This document shows positions 22,845 to 30,638 of a stretch of 35,117 bases of DNA, piece by piece; position 1 is the first letter of the stretch; each line of letters starts with the position of its first letter. The notes below the pieces were generated by a model. It was given only the letters and a program-made list of their open reading frames with translations. It was not told the DNA's origin and searched no databases. Source of the stretch: Candidatus Doudnabacteria bacterium RIFCSPHIGHO2_02_FULL_46_11 (lineage in GTDB: Bacteria > Patescibacteriota > Doudnabacteria > UBA920 > 2-02-FULL-46-11); the NCBI GenBank assembly GCA_001779955.1, contig MFES01000003.1, forward strand, positions 11,348-46,464, written 5' to 3'. Position numbers and translations under genes: made by a program.

Positions 22845-23461
22845 TAACTAGTTTTGTTATTTTCCGCTTCCAGCTTCGCCACATACTTTTGGAAAGCATA
22901 GAAGGTAAAAATGGCAAGCAATATCAATAAAATTAGTCCGGTCACCAGCCAGGCGCCGCTGGCGATGGCTTTTGCCCAAATATTCCAGGTAGCGCCGGCC
23001 AGCATGCCGATATAAATTAAAATTGAGGCCTTGACCGCTCCGGCCAAAAGATTGGCCGTGATAAAATAACGCCTGGGCATGCGGGCAATTCCAGCCATAA
23101 CCTGGGCCGTTAGGCCAAGCCCCTGCATAAACTTGACCATAACCACGGTCTTTCGCCCATGTTTATGGAATAACCATTCGACTTTTTCTATAAGCTTGCT
23201 CGGCCAATGGAAAAAATTCTGGAGTTTCTCAAATAATCGACGGCCGCCCCTACGCCCCACTTCGTAATAAAAAATGTCCGTACCAATGTCAACGCCCAAG
23301 GCTAGTAGCCAGACATAAACTGGATTGAAAACGTGAATACCCGCTAAAAATCCCGAAGATATTGCCCCAATCGGCCCCGACAGAATAATAACTATAGCCG
23401 CGGCCCAGTAGCCGTACTGCTGTAAAAAAGCAATTATGTCAGAAGATATGAAATCGGGCAT
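22844..23461 (-). CDS. DedA/VTT-domain family membrane protein (paralog 2)
   Basis: Tandem paralog of 22236-22844. ATG at 23461 preferred over the TTG at 23491. Confidence 0.75.
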   Translation of the reverse strand: MPDFISSDIIAFLQQYGYWAAAIVIILSGPIGAISSGFLAGIHVFNPVYVWLLALGVDIGTDIFYYEVGRRGGRRLFEKLQNFFHWPSKLIEKVEWLFHKHGRKTVVMVKFMQGLGLTAQVMAGIARMPRRYFITANLLAGAVKASILIYIGMLAGATWNIWAKAIASGAWLVTGLILLILLAIFTFYAFQKYVAKLEAENNKTS

Positions 23462-23467
23462 ATTTAT

Positions 23468-23565
23468 AAAACTCCAAACTTCAACCCCCAAGCCTCAAGC
23501 TCTAACCTTCAATATCTGAAGTTTGAATTTTGAAGTTTTGTTGAAAATTGAAGTTTGAGGGTTTA
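23468..23565. repeat. CTTCAA/TTGAAG-type imperfect long hairpin in the trmD-dedA spacer
   Basis: AAACTCCAAACTTCAACCCCCAAGCCTCAAGC.. faces ..TTGAAAATTGAAGTTTGAGGGTTT. Confidence 0.5.
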
Positions 23566-23568
23566 GGA

Positions 23569-24315
23569 TTATTGCTTAACAAGCAAATCTGGTCTATTCT
23601 TTTTGGTTTTGCTAAGCGACTGCTCATCGCGCCATTTTTGAATGGCAGCATGGTTTCCGGAAAGAAGCACTTTAGGCACGCGGTATTTTTTGCCTTTCCA
23701 TTCAAAAACTTCCGGTCGGGTATAGTGAGGGTGTTCAAGCAGACGAAGTTCTTTGGCCTGCCCCTGCACCAAAGTCGCGAAGCGAGTTTTTGGTGCGAGG
23801 GAAAACGACTCGTGCAAAATTGATTCTTCCTTGCCCACCACCCCAGGCACTTGCCTTGAGACCGCATCAAGCAAAACTAAAGCCGGTAATTCTCCGCCGG
23901 TCAAAACATAGTCTCCAATCGAAATTTCCTCGTCAACTAATTTTTCAACCCTGGCGTCAAAACCTTCGTAGCGCCCGCAAAGCAAAACCAAGCGATCATA
24001 TTTCTTTGCCAAGCCTTCAACCTTCCTTTGGGTCAATAGCTTGCCCTGCGGATTAAAATTTATGATTCTAGTTTTTTTGTTTTTGCGCGGAACTAATTTT
24101 TTTAAAACGCGGGCGGCAATATCAACTTTTAAAACCATGCCCGCTCCGCCGCCATAAGGACGATCATCCACGGTTTTATGGGGGTCTGTCGCCCAATCGC
24201 GCAAATTCCAAACATTAACATCCAAAAGTTCCTTGCCTTGCGCTCGCGCGAGCAGGCTGGAGTTAAGATATGAATCAAATGCTTCCGGTAAAATAGTGAT
24301 AATATCAAACTTCAT
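23569..24315 (-). CDS. trmD: tRNA (guanine37-N1)-methyltransferase
   Basis: FDIITILPE, DDRPYGGGAGMV, LLCGRYEGFD.R, SIGDYVLTGGELPA, LEHPHYTRP, VLLSGNH..I..WR. Confidence 0.95.
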   Translation of the reverse strand: MKFDIITILPEAFDSYLNSSLLARAQGKELLDVNVWNLRDWATDPHKTVDDRPYGGGAGMVLKVDIAARVLKKLVPRKNKKTRIINFNPQGKLLTQRKVEGLAKKYDRLVLLCGRYEGFDARVEKLVDEEISIGDYVLTGGELPALVLLDAVSRQVPGVVGKEESILHESFSLAPKTRFATLVQGQAKELRLLEHPHYTRPEVFEWKGKKYRVPKVLLSGNHAAIQKWRDEQSLSKTKKNRPDLLVKQ

Positions 24316-24381
24316 AAAAAATAATCCAAAATTTATTTCCGAAATTAATCACTTTTGGATTTCAATTTTGATTTTTGATTT

Positions 24382-25632
24382 TTAATTTTCTCGTGTTATA
24401 TCGGCGCCGATGGCCTTGAGCCTTTCCTCGATTTTCTCATAGCCGCGGTCAATATGATCAATGCCGGAAATAACCGTTTGGCCTTCAGCTACCAAGGCCG
24501 CAACAAGCAGGGCCATACCCGCGCGGATATCATAACTTGTTACTTCCGTACCATGCAAAGGCGTGGGCCCGATTATCAAAGCTCGGTGCGGATCCATGAT
24601 TACGGCATTGGCGCCCATCTTATAAAGCTCGGCCAAATAACTTTGCCTGCCTTCATAAAGCCAATCATGAATCATGCTAGCCCCTTCGGACTGCGCGGCC
24701 AGCACGGCCAAAGGCGGCAGAAAGTCGCTGTTGAGCTTTGGATAAAGCCCGGATTGCAAACGCGAGGCTTTATAGGGCTCAAGCGGAGGCAAAATGTGCA
24801 GGCTGTCTTTTTCAATTTTATAATTTATATTCATTTTATTCATCTGCAATAAAAGCGCGTTTAAAGTCTCCGGATTAATGTCTCGGATAATTAAATCGCT
24901 ATGAGTGGCAGCGGCTACGGCCACAAAACTGGCAACCTCAATATCCTCGGGAATAACTGCGTGCTCTACGCTTTTGAGGGAAGTTGAACCAGTTACTTTT
25001 AGCGTGGTGCTCCCGATACCCTCAATTTGCACCCCGGCCTTAACCAAAAATTTGCAAAGGGACTCAACGTGAGGTTCCATCGCGACCAAATGCATAGTGG
25101 TAACGGCATCTATACCGGCGGCATAAATCAAAAGATTCTCGGTGGCGGTAACGCTCGGCTCGTCCATGATAAAATCGCCGCCGAGGTGTTTGCCAGCCTT
25201 AAAATTAAGCGTGCCCTTTTCCGAAACCTCCACGCCAAGAGCCTTAAAGGAATTGATATGCGCATCAAGGGGCCGGGCGCCGATTTTATCTCCTCCCGGA
25301 TGCGGCAAAGTGGCTTCGCCGAACCTTGCCAGAAGGGGCCCGGCAAATAATATGGAGGACCTAAGCGCGCGGGCTTGTTCGGTCAGCGGCTTATTTATAA
25401 TACCTTGGCTTTTAAGCAAAAGCTCGTGCTTACCGATCCATTCAAAACCGCCGCCCAGATACTGAAAAATATCAAGCGTGGTATCAACATCCTTGATGCG
25501 CGGAACATTTATAAGCCGGGCCTCGGGCACAAGAACTGAAGCGGCAATTAACGGCAAAACCGCGTTCTTGGAGCCGCTAATTTTAACTTCGCCCGATAAT
25601 GGCTGGCCCCCGTTTATAATGAATTTAGACAT
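24382..25632 (-). CDS. murA: UDP-N-acetylglucosamine 1-carboxyvinyltransferase
   Basis: GEVKISGSKNAVLPL, PGGDKIGARPLD (Asp in place of the Cys115-type residue), and a full-length EPSP-synthase-fold pattern. Confidence 0.95.
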   Translation of the reverse strand: MSKFIINGGQPLSGEVKISGSKNAVLPLIAASVLVPEARLINVPRIKDVDTTLDIFQYLGGGFEWIGKHELLLKSQGIINKPLTEQARALRSSILFAGPLLARFGEATLPHPGGDKIGARPLDAHINSFKALGVEVSEKGTLNFKAGKHLGGDFIMDEPSVTATENLLIYAAGIDAVTTMHLVAMEPHVESLCKFLVKAGVQIEGIGSTTLKVTGSTSLKSVEHAVIPEDIEVASFVAVAAATHSDLIIRDINPETLNALLLQMNKMNINYKIEKDSLHILPPLEPYKASRLQSGLYPKLNSDFLPPLAVLAAQSEGASMIHDWLYEGRQSYLAELYKMGANAVIMDPHRALIIGPTPLHGTEVTSYDIRAGMALLVAALVAEGQTVISGIDHIDRGYEKIEERLKAIGADITREN

Positions 25633-25640
25633 AGACTCTT

Positions 25641-25925
25641 AAACTTCAATCCTCAATCTTCAACCCTCAAGCAATCTTCCTGCCTGCGCCGAGGCTTCCT
25701 CCTTCGCCCCCTCCTCCGCTAAAGCTGGGCGGGCAGGCAAGGCTTCGGAGGACAGGTCGGCAGGCAGGCAAACTTCAATTATCAATTCCGGAATTGCCAG
25801 CCCGCTTGGGCTCCCGCCTGACTTCGAAAAGACGAAGTCTTGTCGGGCAGGTCGTCCAGGCGAAGTCTGGCGGGGGGTTTGAGGCTTGAAGTTTTAATGG
25901 AGTTTGAGTGTTGAAGTTTGGAGTT
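25641..25925. repeat. CTTCAA/TTGAAG long-hairpin element, copy R2, carrying two nested GC-rich palindromic insertions
   Basis: Colinear with R1 (9671-9825) except for a 90-bp insert at 25680-25769 (ends CCTGCCTGC / GCAGGCAGG) and an insert of about 40 bp near 25809-25852 (GACTTCG-AAAAGA-CGAAGTC core). Confidence 0.75.
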
Positions 25926-25955
25926 TTTGCCTTCCTATTTTATCACTTACTATAC

Positions 25956-25990
25956 TAAAACAAAACCGCCCTTATTATGTGACGGTTTTG
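25956..25990 (-). terminator. intrinsic terminator downstream of the rpsP-KH unit
   Basis: Minus strand reads CAAAACCG-TCACATAATAAGGG-CGGTTTTG-TTTT. Confidence 0.55.
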
Positions 25991-26044
25991 CCTGCCCCGT
26001 ACTAAAGCGCTGGCTTTTAGTACTGGGGTTTAGGTGCAAATTTA

Positions 26045-26187
26045 CCCGGACACCACAACAGCCATAAATTTTTTCGTAATTTGGTGTGACTTAACTAGAT
26101 TTTGCTATATAACCAGCCGACTTATTACCTGTGATTGCTAAACAAAAATTTATCGGACTGGAACACTATGGGTGTTTGGTGTACGGG
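26045..26187. mobile_element. MITE-like element, T-type copy T0 (143 bp), abutting the KH-gene stop codon
   Basis: Arms CCCGGACACCACAACA (left) and TGTTTGGTGTACGGG (right). Its right end is 1 nt from the stop codon at 26189-26191. Flanks TTTA/CTTA match imperfectly. Confidence 0.5.
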
Positions 26188-26188
26188 C

Positions 26189-26539
26189 TTAGAGATTTAT
26201 ATCCAAAGGATCGCCGGATTCTTCGTTGCTTTCTTCTCTGCGCGGAGCTTCCTGCTGATCTCGCTGTGGCCGCGTACCGTGCTCTCTTTCCGGCTCGTAA
26301 ATCTTCAGGTTGACGCGAGCTCGGTTCTTGGCGCCGACAATACGAAGCAGGGTGCGAAGAGCTTTGGCGGTCTGGCCGTTGCGGCCGATAACCTGACCAA
26401 AGTCCTGTGGATTGAGGAAAAGGGTGATAAGCACGCCCATCTCATCAACCTTGCGCTCGGTGCGAACATCCTCCGGATGGTCAACTAAGGCCTTGACCGT
26501 ATACTCGATGAACTGCTGATCGTTTTCCGTTTCTGCCAT
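26189..26539 (-). CDS. KH-domain RNA-binding protein (YlqC/UPF0109-like) with a charged C-terminal tail
   Basis: LVDHPEDV......V.I.L....D.GQVIGRNGQTAKALRTLL pattern, in its conserved position after rpsP. Confidence 0.85.
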   Translation of the reverse strand: MAETENDQQFIEYTVKALVDHPEDVRTERKVDEMGVLITLFLNPQDFGQVIGRNGQTAKALRTLLRIVGAKNRARVNLKIYEPEREHGTRPQRDQQEAPRREESNEESGDPLDINL

Positions 26540-26540
26540 A

Positions 26541-26681
26541 CCCTGTATATCAACCTCGATAATCTTAATGTCTTATAGTTCGACTTGAGATACGAGGTTA
26601 TGATTCTATTCCTACTTATGCCCGTGTAACGTTCGCTAGCCTTTAAGATTAAAGGAGAACTATCGAGGTTGCATAACGGGG
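26541..26681. mobile_element. MITE-like element, K-type (141 bp), abutting the KH-gene start codon
   Basis: TIRs CCCTGTATATCAACCTCGAT / ATCGAGGTTGCATAACGGGG, subterminal stem AATCTTAA/TTAAGATT, flanking CATA/CATA (26537-26540 and 26682-26685). Same ends and size as 30826-30967. Confidence 0.6.
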
Positions 26682-26764
26682 CATATCTTCTAAATGTTGC
26701 TTTTTAAGGACCTTCGACTAGATGGTCTCATTTCTAAAATATCACTAAACAGATTTTTCTTCAA

Positions 26765-27046
26765 CCCGCACACCATAACCGCAATATTGCTCTTCTTAAA
26801 CCATCATAGGTAATAAAATCTTGGTTAGCATAACGGATATTACAGTAATCATCGTTACACAATATCGCAATAGGTACAGGTTTATTGCGGTTTGGTGTCT
26901 GGGTCAACCCGGTACACCACAACTGCAATATCGCTTTACTATAAATCGTCGTAGGTAATGCTAGAACTTATTTCGAGAATTTACGCTAACATGAGCTATT
27001 ATCAATGGCGCAATAGGTACAGATTTATTGCTGTTTGGTGTCCGGG
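26765..27046. repeat. two tandem T-type elements (about 139 bp each, 143-bp period), each flanked by TCAA
   Basis: TCAA at 26761-26764, unit A 26765-26903, TCAA, unit B 26908-27046, TCAA at 27047-27050. Arms ACCCGCACACCATAACCGCAATA / TATTGCGGTTTGGTGTCTGGGT. The right arm of unit B encodes the last 7 codons and the stop of rpsP. Confidence 0.7.
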
Positions 27047-27441
27047 TCAACCGCTGGGGTCTCCTCCGGGGCGGGTGTTTGCTCCGCCGGAGCGGCTTCT
27101 GCAACCGGTCCGCCAGCTGGCGGATTAGTAGCTGCGGCGGGCGTAGCGGCTTCGGCTGGCTTCTCTGATTTCTTTGGCCTCCAAGCTTTAACTTTTACGC
27201 CCTCCTTCACAACTTTATTGGTTACAAACAAATTGTGAACGGTCGCACTGACTTCTACGTTCTGGCCAAGCCAATACTCAAGGCGGGCCTGATCGGAAAT
27301 CTTAAATTCTTTATTGCGCGGGTTATAGTTGCCCAGAATTTCCAGGAACTTCTTTGACGCGGCTTTTGTCTTCTGCGCCAGCACGATGCGGAATTGCGGC
27401 TGATGCTTCTTGCCTATTCTTTGCAGACGGATAATTAACAT
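27025..27441 (-). CDS. rpsP: 30S ribosomal protein S16 with an Ala/Pro-rich C-terminal extension
   Basis: MLIIRLQRIGKKHQPQFRIVLA...LGNYNP core. Confidence 0.95.
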   Translation of the reverse strand: MLIIRLQRIGKKHQPQFRIVLAQKTKAASKKFLEILGNYNPRNKEFKISDQARLEYWLGQNVEVSATVHNLFVTNKVVKEGVKVKAWRPKKSEKPAEAATPAAATNPPAGGPVAEAAPAEQTPAPEETPAVDPDTKQQ

Positions 27442-27608
27442 ACTTAATTTGATAGACTTAATACTTCTAAAATGCTTGATTATATTACAGAAATATCAAA
27501 GGGTTTGTCAATCAGCTCCTTAAATCAACTTTCAGAAGGTAAAAGTAAAAATTCATTTCAAAACTTTTAAATTTTTTAATTGTAATTTTGATTTTTGATT
27601 TTTGATTT

Positions 27609-28220
27609 TTAATTTACTCGGATGTGCCGCCAAATATACCAGACCAAACTTAAAACTATAAGAATGGCGATAGCCACGTCAAAACCGCGCAACTGTTCGT
27701 GCAGGCTTTCCCAATGAGCGCCAAGCTTCATTCCTAAAAAAGCTAAAATATAAGACCAAATAAAAGATCCGACAAAAGCCGCGAGTGTAAAAGACCAAAA
27801 CGGGGTTTTAGCTATGCCGGCCGGCACCGAAATATAGGTGCGGACAATCGGCAGCATACGGCCGATAAATGTGCTCCAGGCGCCGTATTTTTTGAAAAAT
27901 CCGTCAGCCTTGTCCAGATCACTCTTTGATATGAAAACATAATGGCCATACCGTTCGACCAAAGGCCGCCCGCCCTTGAGAGCAATAAAATAAATAACCC
28001 ACGACCCCAAAACTGAACCGATTGCGCCGGAAAGAGCAGCGCCAAAAAGAGTAAACCTGCCCTCGTGAACCAAAAAACCGGCAAAGGGCATGATTATTTC
28101 ACTTGGCAAAGGTATGGCGGCAGATTCGATGGCCATCAATACGGCAATGCCAATGTAACCAGCGGCGGAGATGGTATTGGTTACAAAATTTATTATTGGC
28201 GATAAAATAGTTTCCAACAT
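27609..28220 (-). CDS. dedA: DedA family membrane protein
   Basis: Canonical motifs ESAAIPLPSE and FIGRMLPIVRTYISVPAG. Confidence 0.9.
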   Translation of the reverse strand: MLETILSPIINFVTNTISAAGYIGIAVLMAIESAAIPLPSEIIMPFAGFLVHEGRFTLFGAALSGAIGSVLGSWVIYFIALKGGRPLVERYGHYVFISKSDLDKADGFFKKYGAWSTFIGRMLPIVRTYISVPAGIAKTPFWSFTLAAFVGSFIWSYILAFLGMKLGAHWESLHEQLRGFDVAIAILIVLSLVWYIWRHIRVN

Positions 28221-28343
28221 AAATTTTAATCCTCAAAACTCAAACTTCAATCCTCAATAAAACTTCAAACACCAAGCTTCAGTTCTGGACTTGAGATTTG
28301 ATCATTGAGGGTTCCTGGAGGCTCGAGAGTTGAAGTTTGAAGT
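28221..28343. repeat. CTTCAA/TTGAAG-type imperfect long hairpin filling the smc-dedA spacer
   Basis: AATCCTCAAAACTCAAACTTCAATCCTCAA.. faces ..TTGAGGGTTCC..GAGAGTTGAAGTTTGAAGTTT. Confidence 0.5.
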
Positions 28344-30638
28344 TTACTCTTGGGCGTAGGTCAAGGAATCATCAAATTTAATTGATAAAATTTGTGAAAC
28401 GCCGGAATCGTTCATGGTCACGCCGTAAAGCGTATGCGCCCGGCGCATGGTTTCGCGGTTGTGGGTGATGGTGATAAATTGGGTGCGATCAGAGAGCGTG
28501 CCAAGAATTTTGGCAAACCGGATGCTGTTGCTTTCATCCAAAGCCGCGTCAACTTCATCCAAAACAACAAACGGCGAAGGGTAAGCGTCTAAAAGGGCAA
28601 TCAGCAAAGCGATGGTGGTCAGCGTGCGCTCCCCGCCGGAAAGAGCGGAAATGGAAGAAAGTTTTTTACCGGGTGGTGTGGCACTAATATCAATGCCGAT
28701 TATATCCTGATTCGGCTCTATCTTCTTTTCCTGTTCTTCCTCATCCTCCTCGTCCGTGCCGTCCTCATTTTTGATTTTTGATATTTGATTTTTGATTTTC
28801 TTTAAATCGGCTTTGCCGCCGTTAAAAAGTACCCGAAAATAATCGCTGAATTTGGCTGAAATGATAGAGAAAGCTTCATTAAACTTTTCTTTGATTACAG
28901 CGTTCAATTCCTCAAGCACGGTTTCCAAATCAGTTGCGGCCGCTTCTAAATCGCGAACTTGGCCGGTGAGATAACTGTAGCGCTCCTCGGTTTCCTCGTA
29001 TTCGCGGGCAGTTTGTTCGTCCAAACCTCCAATCTGTTCAAGCTGGCGTTTGAGATAAGAAATCTGCTCATCAGCAGCGGCATCCTGAACTTGAGCGGTG
29101 CCTTTGATAATTTCCTTAAAATTAGCTCCTAAATCTTCAGTAGCGCTTCTTTCTTCCTCTTCTTGCTTTGTTTCGATGCGAGCCAGTTCAATTTTGAAAT
29201 TATTTTGTTCACTGCGTAGCCGGTTTAAATCTTGTTCTTCTTTTCTTATTTTTTTGTCGGCCTCCTGGCGCCCGCTGGTATAAGCAGATATGTTGGTTAG
29301 CTCGTTTTGCAGATCAGCCTGCAATTTATTTAGCGACTTCTCATGAACCTGAATAATCTTATCAAGTTTGTCGGCCGCTTCTTGAAAATCACTGCCGCCG
29401 GCGCCGATTTCGGCTTCGATTCGGGCAATAGCCCGGGCCAGATCCTGTTTCTGGCTGATCATTTTTTTTATCAGTTGTTTCTGATTATTTAAAAAACGAT
29501 CGCTTATCTGATTGAAGCGCGGCACCAAATCGGGCTTGGAGGAATTCAAGATATCAACAATCTCTTTAATGTCCTGCTCGGTCTCGAGGATATTTTTTTC
29601 AAAATCCTCCACTTGGCTGGAAAGTTCGGCCTGCTGACGGCGCAGATCATCGCGTCTACCATGCAGGGCGGCCAAATCTTTTTGCGGGTTCGATAAGTTT
29701 GCCCCCATTTTCACGCGTAATTCTGCCAATTCCAGCTGCAACCTTTCTTTTTGGCGCTGCTCGTTTACAATACTCTGCTGAAGCGCGGTAATAGTTTGTG
29801 AACGCTTGGTTGAATTCTGGTCGCTCTCCTCAACTGAACGGAAAAACTTTTGCACCGCGCCCTCGAGCTGTTTTATTTTTGTCTCGAGCTCATTAATCTG
29901 CCCGGTTAAATTGCTTTTATCCTTTTGCAGATTGGCAAAAATAAACAATAACCTGCCGGATAGTAAATCTTTCCACTGCTTCTCAATCTCCGATCTTTGC
30001 TCCAATTTTTTTGCCTGGCGGCGCAAGGTGCGAAGCCTAGGTTCAATTTCGGCAGTTAAAGCGCTGACTTGGGTTAAATTCTCACGCGTGGCGGTAAGCC
30101 GGCGCACGGTTTTTTGATGTTTTTCGTAAAAAGGAGCGAGCCCGGCCGCTTCTTCAATTACGCTCTTGATTTCCGCCGGCCCCTGTAATAAAAACTGATC
30201 AATTATACCCTGGCCAATAACGGTGTAACGCGATTGAGCAAAGCCGGCTTTTTCCAGAAGCTCGCTTATGTCCATAAGACGCATTTGCTCGTTGTTGATT
30301 AGGTATTCCGAGCTGCCGTCGCGGTGTAGCCGGCGGGTAATGACAACTTCAGCCGAATCCACCGGCAATTTTTTATCTTGATTGTCAAAAATCACCGAAG
30401 CATGGGCCACGGATGAACGCATCCTTTGGGCTGAACCGGCAAAAATTACATCTTCGGCTCTTTTGCCGCGAAGGAGCAGTTTGCTTTGCTCGCCCAAAAC
30501 CCAACGCACGGCATCGGAGATATTCGACTTCCCCGAGCCGTTTGGCCCGACAATAGCCGTAATCCCCGGCTGAAATGCCAGGTCAGTTTTATGAGCAAAT
30601 GATTTGAAGCCTTGTATTTCTAAACGTTTGAGGTACAT
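28344..30638 (-). CDS. smc: SMC-family chromosome partition ATPase, unusually short (764 aa), no obvious hinge
   Basis: N-terminal head (LEIQGFKSF, Walker A GPNGSGKSN) and C-terminal head (PPGKK..LSGGERTLT.IALL, Walker B FVVLDEVDAALDE, ITHNRETM). Only about 360 aa lie between the heads. Confidence 0.85.
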   Translation of the reverse strand: MYLKRLEIQGFKSFAHKTDLAFQPGITAIVGPNGSGKSNISDAVRWVLGEQSKLLLRGKRAEDVIFAGSAQRMRSSVAHASVIFDNQDKKLPVDSAEVVITRRLHRDGSSEYLINNEQMRLMDISELLEKAGFAQSRYTVIGQGIIDQFLLQGPAEIKSVIEEAAGLAPFYEKHQKTVRRLTATRENLTQVSALTAEIEPRLRTLRRQAKKLEQRSEIEKQWKDLLSGRLLFIFANLQKDKSNLTGQINELETKIKQLEGAVQKFFRSVEESDQNSTKRSQTITALQQSIVNEQRQKERLQLELAELRVKMGANLSNPQKDLAALHGRRDDLRRQQAELSSQVEDFEKNILETEQDIKEIVDILNSSKPDLVPRFNQISDRFLNNQKQLIKKMISQKQDLARAIARIEAEIGAGGSDFQEAADKLDKIIQVHEKSLNKLQADLQNELTNISAYTSGRQEADKKIRKEEQDLNRLRSEQNNFKIELARIETKQEEEERSATEDLGANFKEIIKGTAQVQDAAADEQISYLKRQLEQIGGLDEQTAREYEETEERYSYLTGQVRDLEAAATDLETVLEELNAVIKEKFNEAFSIISAKFSDYFRVLFNGGKADLKKIKNQISKIKNEDGTDEEDEEEQEKKIEPNQDIIGIDISATPPGKKLSSISALSGGERTLTTIALLIALLDAYPSPFVVLDEVDAALDESNSIRFAKILGTLSDRTQFITITHNRETMRRAHTLYGVTMNDSGVSQILSIKFDDSLTYAQE
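28768..28806. repeat. AT-rich TTTTGATTTTTGAT repeat in frame inside smc
   Basis: TTTTTGATTTTTGATATTTGATTTTTGATTTTC encodes KKIKNQISKIKNE. The same string family occurs in spacers at 24361-24381 and 27578-27608. Confidence 0.55.

Noticed and set aside
23502-23870. ORFs of 122 aa (minus) and 91 aa (plus) overlap the 3' end of trmD.
   Set aside because: They are off-frame overlaps of a well-supported trmD and extend into the low-complexity hairpin spacer.
26131-26488. Two plus-strand ORFs (60 and 117 aa).
   Set aside because: They are antisense to the KH-domain gene and begin inside the T0 repeat. The KH frame has a clear family signature.
26761-27050. I considered whether the T-type elements are integron attC sites, since they are imperfect inverted repeats at the 3' ends of genes.
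   Set aside because: The junction sequence GTTGACC does not fit the attC core GTTRRRY. Two units are in tandem with no cassette ORF between them. No integrase or attI is in the window.
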